Shown here: one piece after another, positions 62,731 through 64,000 of the stretch | Numbering within the stretch: the first letter of the stretch is position 1 | Layout of the letters: every line of letters starts with the position of its first letter | Source of the DNA: Candidatus Latescibacterota bacterium | Lineage (GTDB): Bacteria > Latescibacterota > UBA2968 > SICM01 | Assembly: GCA_965217865.1 (NCBI GenBank) | Contig: CBDCJO010000002.1 | Span: 3,552,001 to 3,616,000 of the forward strand | Direction: 5' to 3' | Length of the DNA: 64,000 bases | Notes under the pieces: model-generated | Told to the model about the DNA's origin: nothing | The model's database searches: none | What the model saw: only the letters and a program-made list of their open reading frames with translations | Position numbers and translations under genes: made by a program

Positions 62731-63750
62731 ATGCGACTCTTTCTGGATTCCACGGCAGAGGTGGAGAACGGTCCCGAATTGCTGAAGCGCCTTCAACGGG
62801 ACAGCTACCTCTTCATTCGCGGTTTGCTGCCGGCGAATGTACTCGAAGGTTTGAGGATGCAGATCCTGGAGATCGCGCGGGAGGCGGGCTGGGTTAAATC
62901 GGGCACGCAGCTGGAGGACGGAATCGCGGATCTGGACAGTTTTTGCGTCGAGCCGGAGCCGGCCTACATGGAGATCCTCCGTCGTATCTACAAGCTGGCC
63001 GCGTTCCACGGGATTCAGCATCATCCCAAACTGATCGGGCTTTTTGAGCGTATGACCGGCGGCCCCGTGATGCCGCATCCGCGAATCATCAGCCGTACGA
63101 TCTTCCCCCAGCGGGAAGCATACACCACCCCGCCGCACCAGGACTTCATTCCGATCCAGGGAACGGCCAATACCTACACCACCTGGATCCCCTTAAGCGA
63201 CCTACCGCCCGAGATGGGAGGGCTTCAAATCTCATCCGGTTCACACAAGCACGGGGTGTTCGATTTTCGACCTGCAATGGGAGCGGGCGGCATGGAGGTG
63301 GTCGATCCCCTCGAGGACACCTGGGTGAGCGGCCCCTTTAAGCAGTCCGACGTACTCATCTTTCACAGCATGACGGTACATAAGGGGCTTCCCAACCGGG
63401 GAGACCGCCTGCGCTTGTCCATAGACGCCAGATATCAGAAGATCAGCGATCCGATCGACGGGGGAAGCCTCAAACCGCACGCCAAACCGATCACATGGGA
63501 AGAGGTATATGCGGATTGGCCCCCGGGGGGGGTACAATATTTTTGGAAAAAGTGGGATCTAAAAGTGATTGAATACGATCACAGCTACTACGAGAGGCGG
63601 GACCGAATGGCGTTCGAGATGGCTGCTAACGGCGACCGGACGGCCATTTCCGCCCTTCAAAGGATCCTATCCCGCGATGCCGACTCCGCCAAGCGGGAGA
63701 AAGCTCAGACCCTGCTCGCGGTTTTGAATGCTAACGAAGAGGAATCGTAA
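62731..63750 (+). CDS. Phytanoyl-CoA dioxygenase (PhyH) family protein
   Basis: PHQD, WIPL, GGL, GSH, FHSMTVH, RLSIDARY; RBS GGAGG. Confidence 0.88.
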   Translation: MRLFLDSTAEVENGPELLKRLQRDSYLFIRGLLPANVLEGLRMQILEIAREAGWVKSGTQLEDGIADLDSFCVEPEPAYMEILRRIYKLAAFHGIQHHPKLIGLFERMTGGPVMPHPRIISRTIFPQREAYTTPPHQDFIPIQGTANTYTTWIPLSDLPPEMGGLQISSGSHKHGVFDFRPAMGAGGMEVVDPLEDTWVSGPFKQSDVLIFHSMTVHKGLPNRGDRLRLSIDARYQKISDPIDGGSLKPHAKPITWEEVYADWPPGGVQYFWKKWDLKVIEYDHSYYERRDRMAFEMAANGDRTAISALQRILSRDADSAKREKAQTLLAVLNANEEES

Positions 63751-63796
63751 GGGGCGATAGGTCCCGGTTGTATCGGTTTTGAACGGAGAAGGACCC

Positions 63797-64000
63797 ATGG
63801 AAAAGGCCAATCCTGAACAGCGGCTCCAGACTGTTTGCCTCCTCGTCCTGACCACTTTTGCGGTGGCGGGTGTGCTCTTTTACCTTCGAGGGGTCATGAT
63901 TCCTTTTGTACTGGCCGGGTTCGTGGCCATAGCAATCAGCCCCCTGGTGAAATTGCTTACCCAGAAATGCCACGTCCCCCGTCCGCTGGCCATTGCGGGG
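63797..64000 (+). CDS. AI-2E family transporter, 5' part (runs off the window)
   Basis: MEKANPEQRLQTVCLLVL...VMIPFVLAGFVAIAISPLVKLL...VPRPLAI. Confidence 0.7.
   Translation, partial: MEKANPEQRLQTVCLLVLTTFAVAGVLFYLRGVMIPFVLAGFVAIAISPLVKLLTQKCHVPRPLAIAG

Overview
Bacterial (probably metagenome-assembled) DNA. The repeated C-terminal 'DFDxxGxVDFxDFFxFAxAFG' EF-hand/dockerin-like tails suggest Candidatus Latescibacterota, which is inference only. Bases 1-33,000 are a decaying accessory/defence island. It holds the 3' end of an Ssp-type DNA phosphorothioation operon (sspC tail split by a 192-bp MITE, intact sspD-like PAPS reductase). Facing it is a four-gene operon (PLD nuclease, P-loop ATPase, HerA-like ATPase, 398-aa unknown protein) that is the best candidate for an undescribed defence module. 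The island also carries IS3, IS1595, IS1380, IS110 and IS1182/IS5-like elements, a HigBA toxin-antitoxin pair between ~260-bp direct repeats, a Druantia-like three-gene operon with an IS-truncated helicase, and a methyltransferase-HNH fusion split by an in-frame amber codon. Bases 33,000-64,000 are mostly housekeeping and secreted-protein genes (msrB, FKBP, SSS symporter, sigma54 activator, pgi, YceI with an (NPC)8 tail, a circularly permuted DUF3179-like protein, NHL-repeat protein, O-antigen ligase-TPR, Bcp, PHP phosphatase, two PhyH dioxygenases, SDR). Their intergenic regions are rich in heptamer-repeat cassettes and REP-like palindromes. Many genes carry frameshifts, some in homopolymer runs, so assembly errors cannot be excluded. 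No rRNA, tRNA or CRISPR array was seen. All family calls come from motif recognition, not from database searches.
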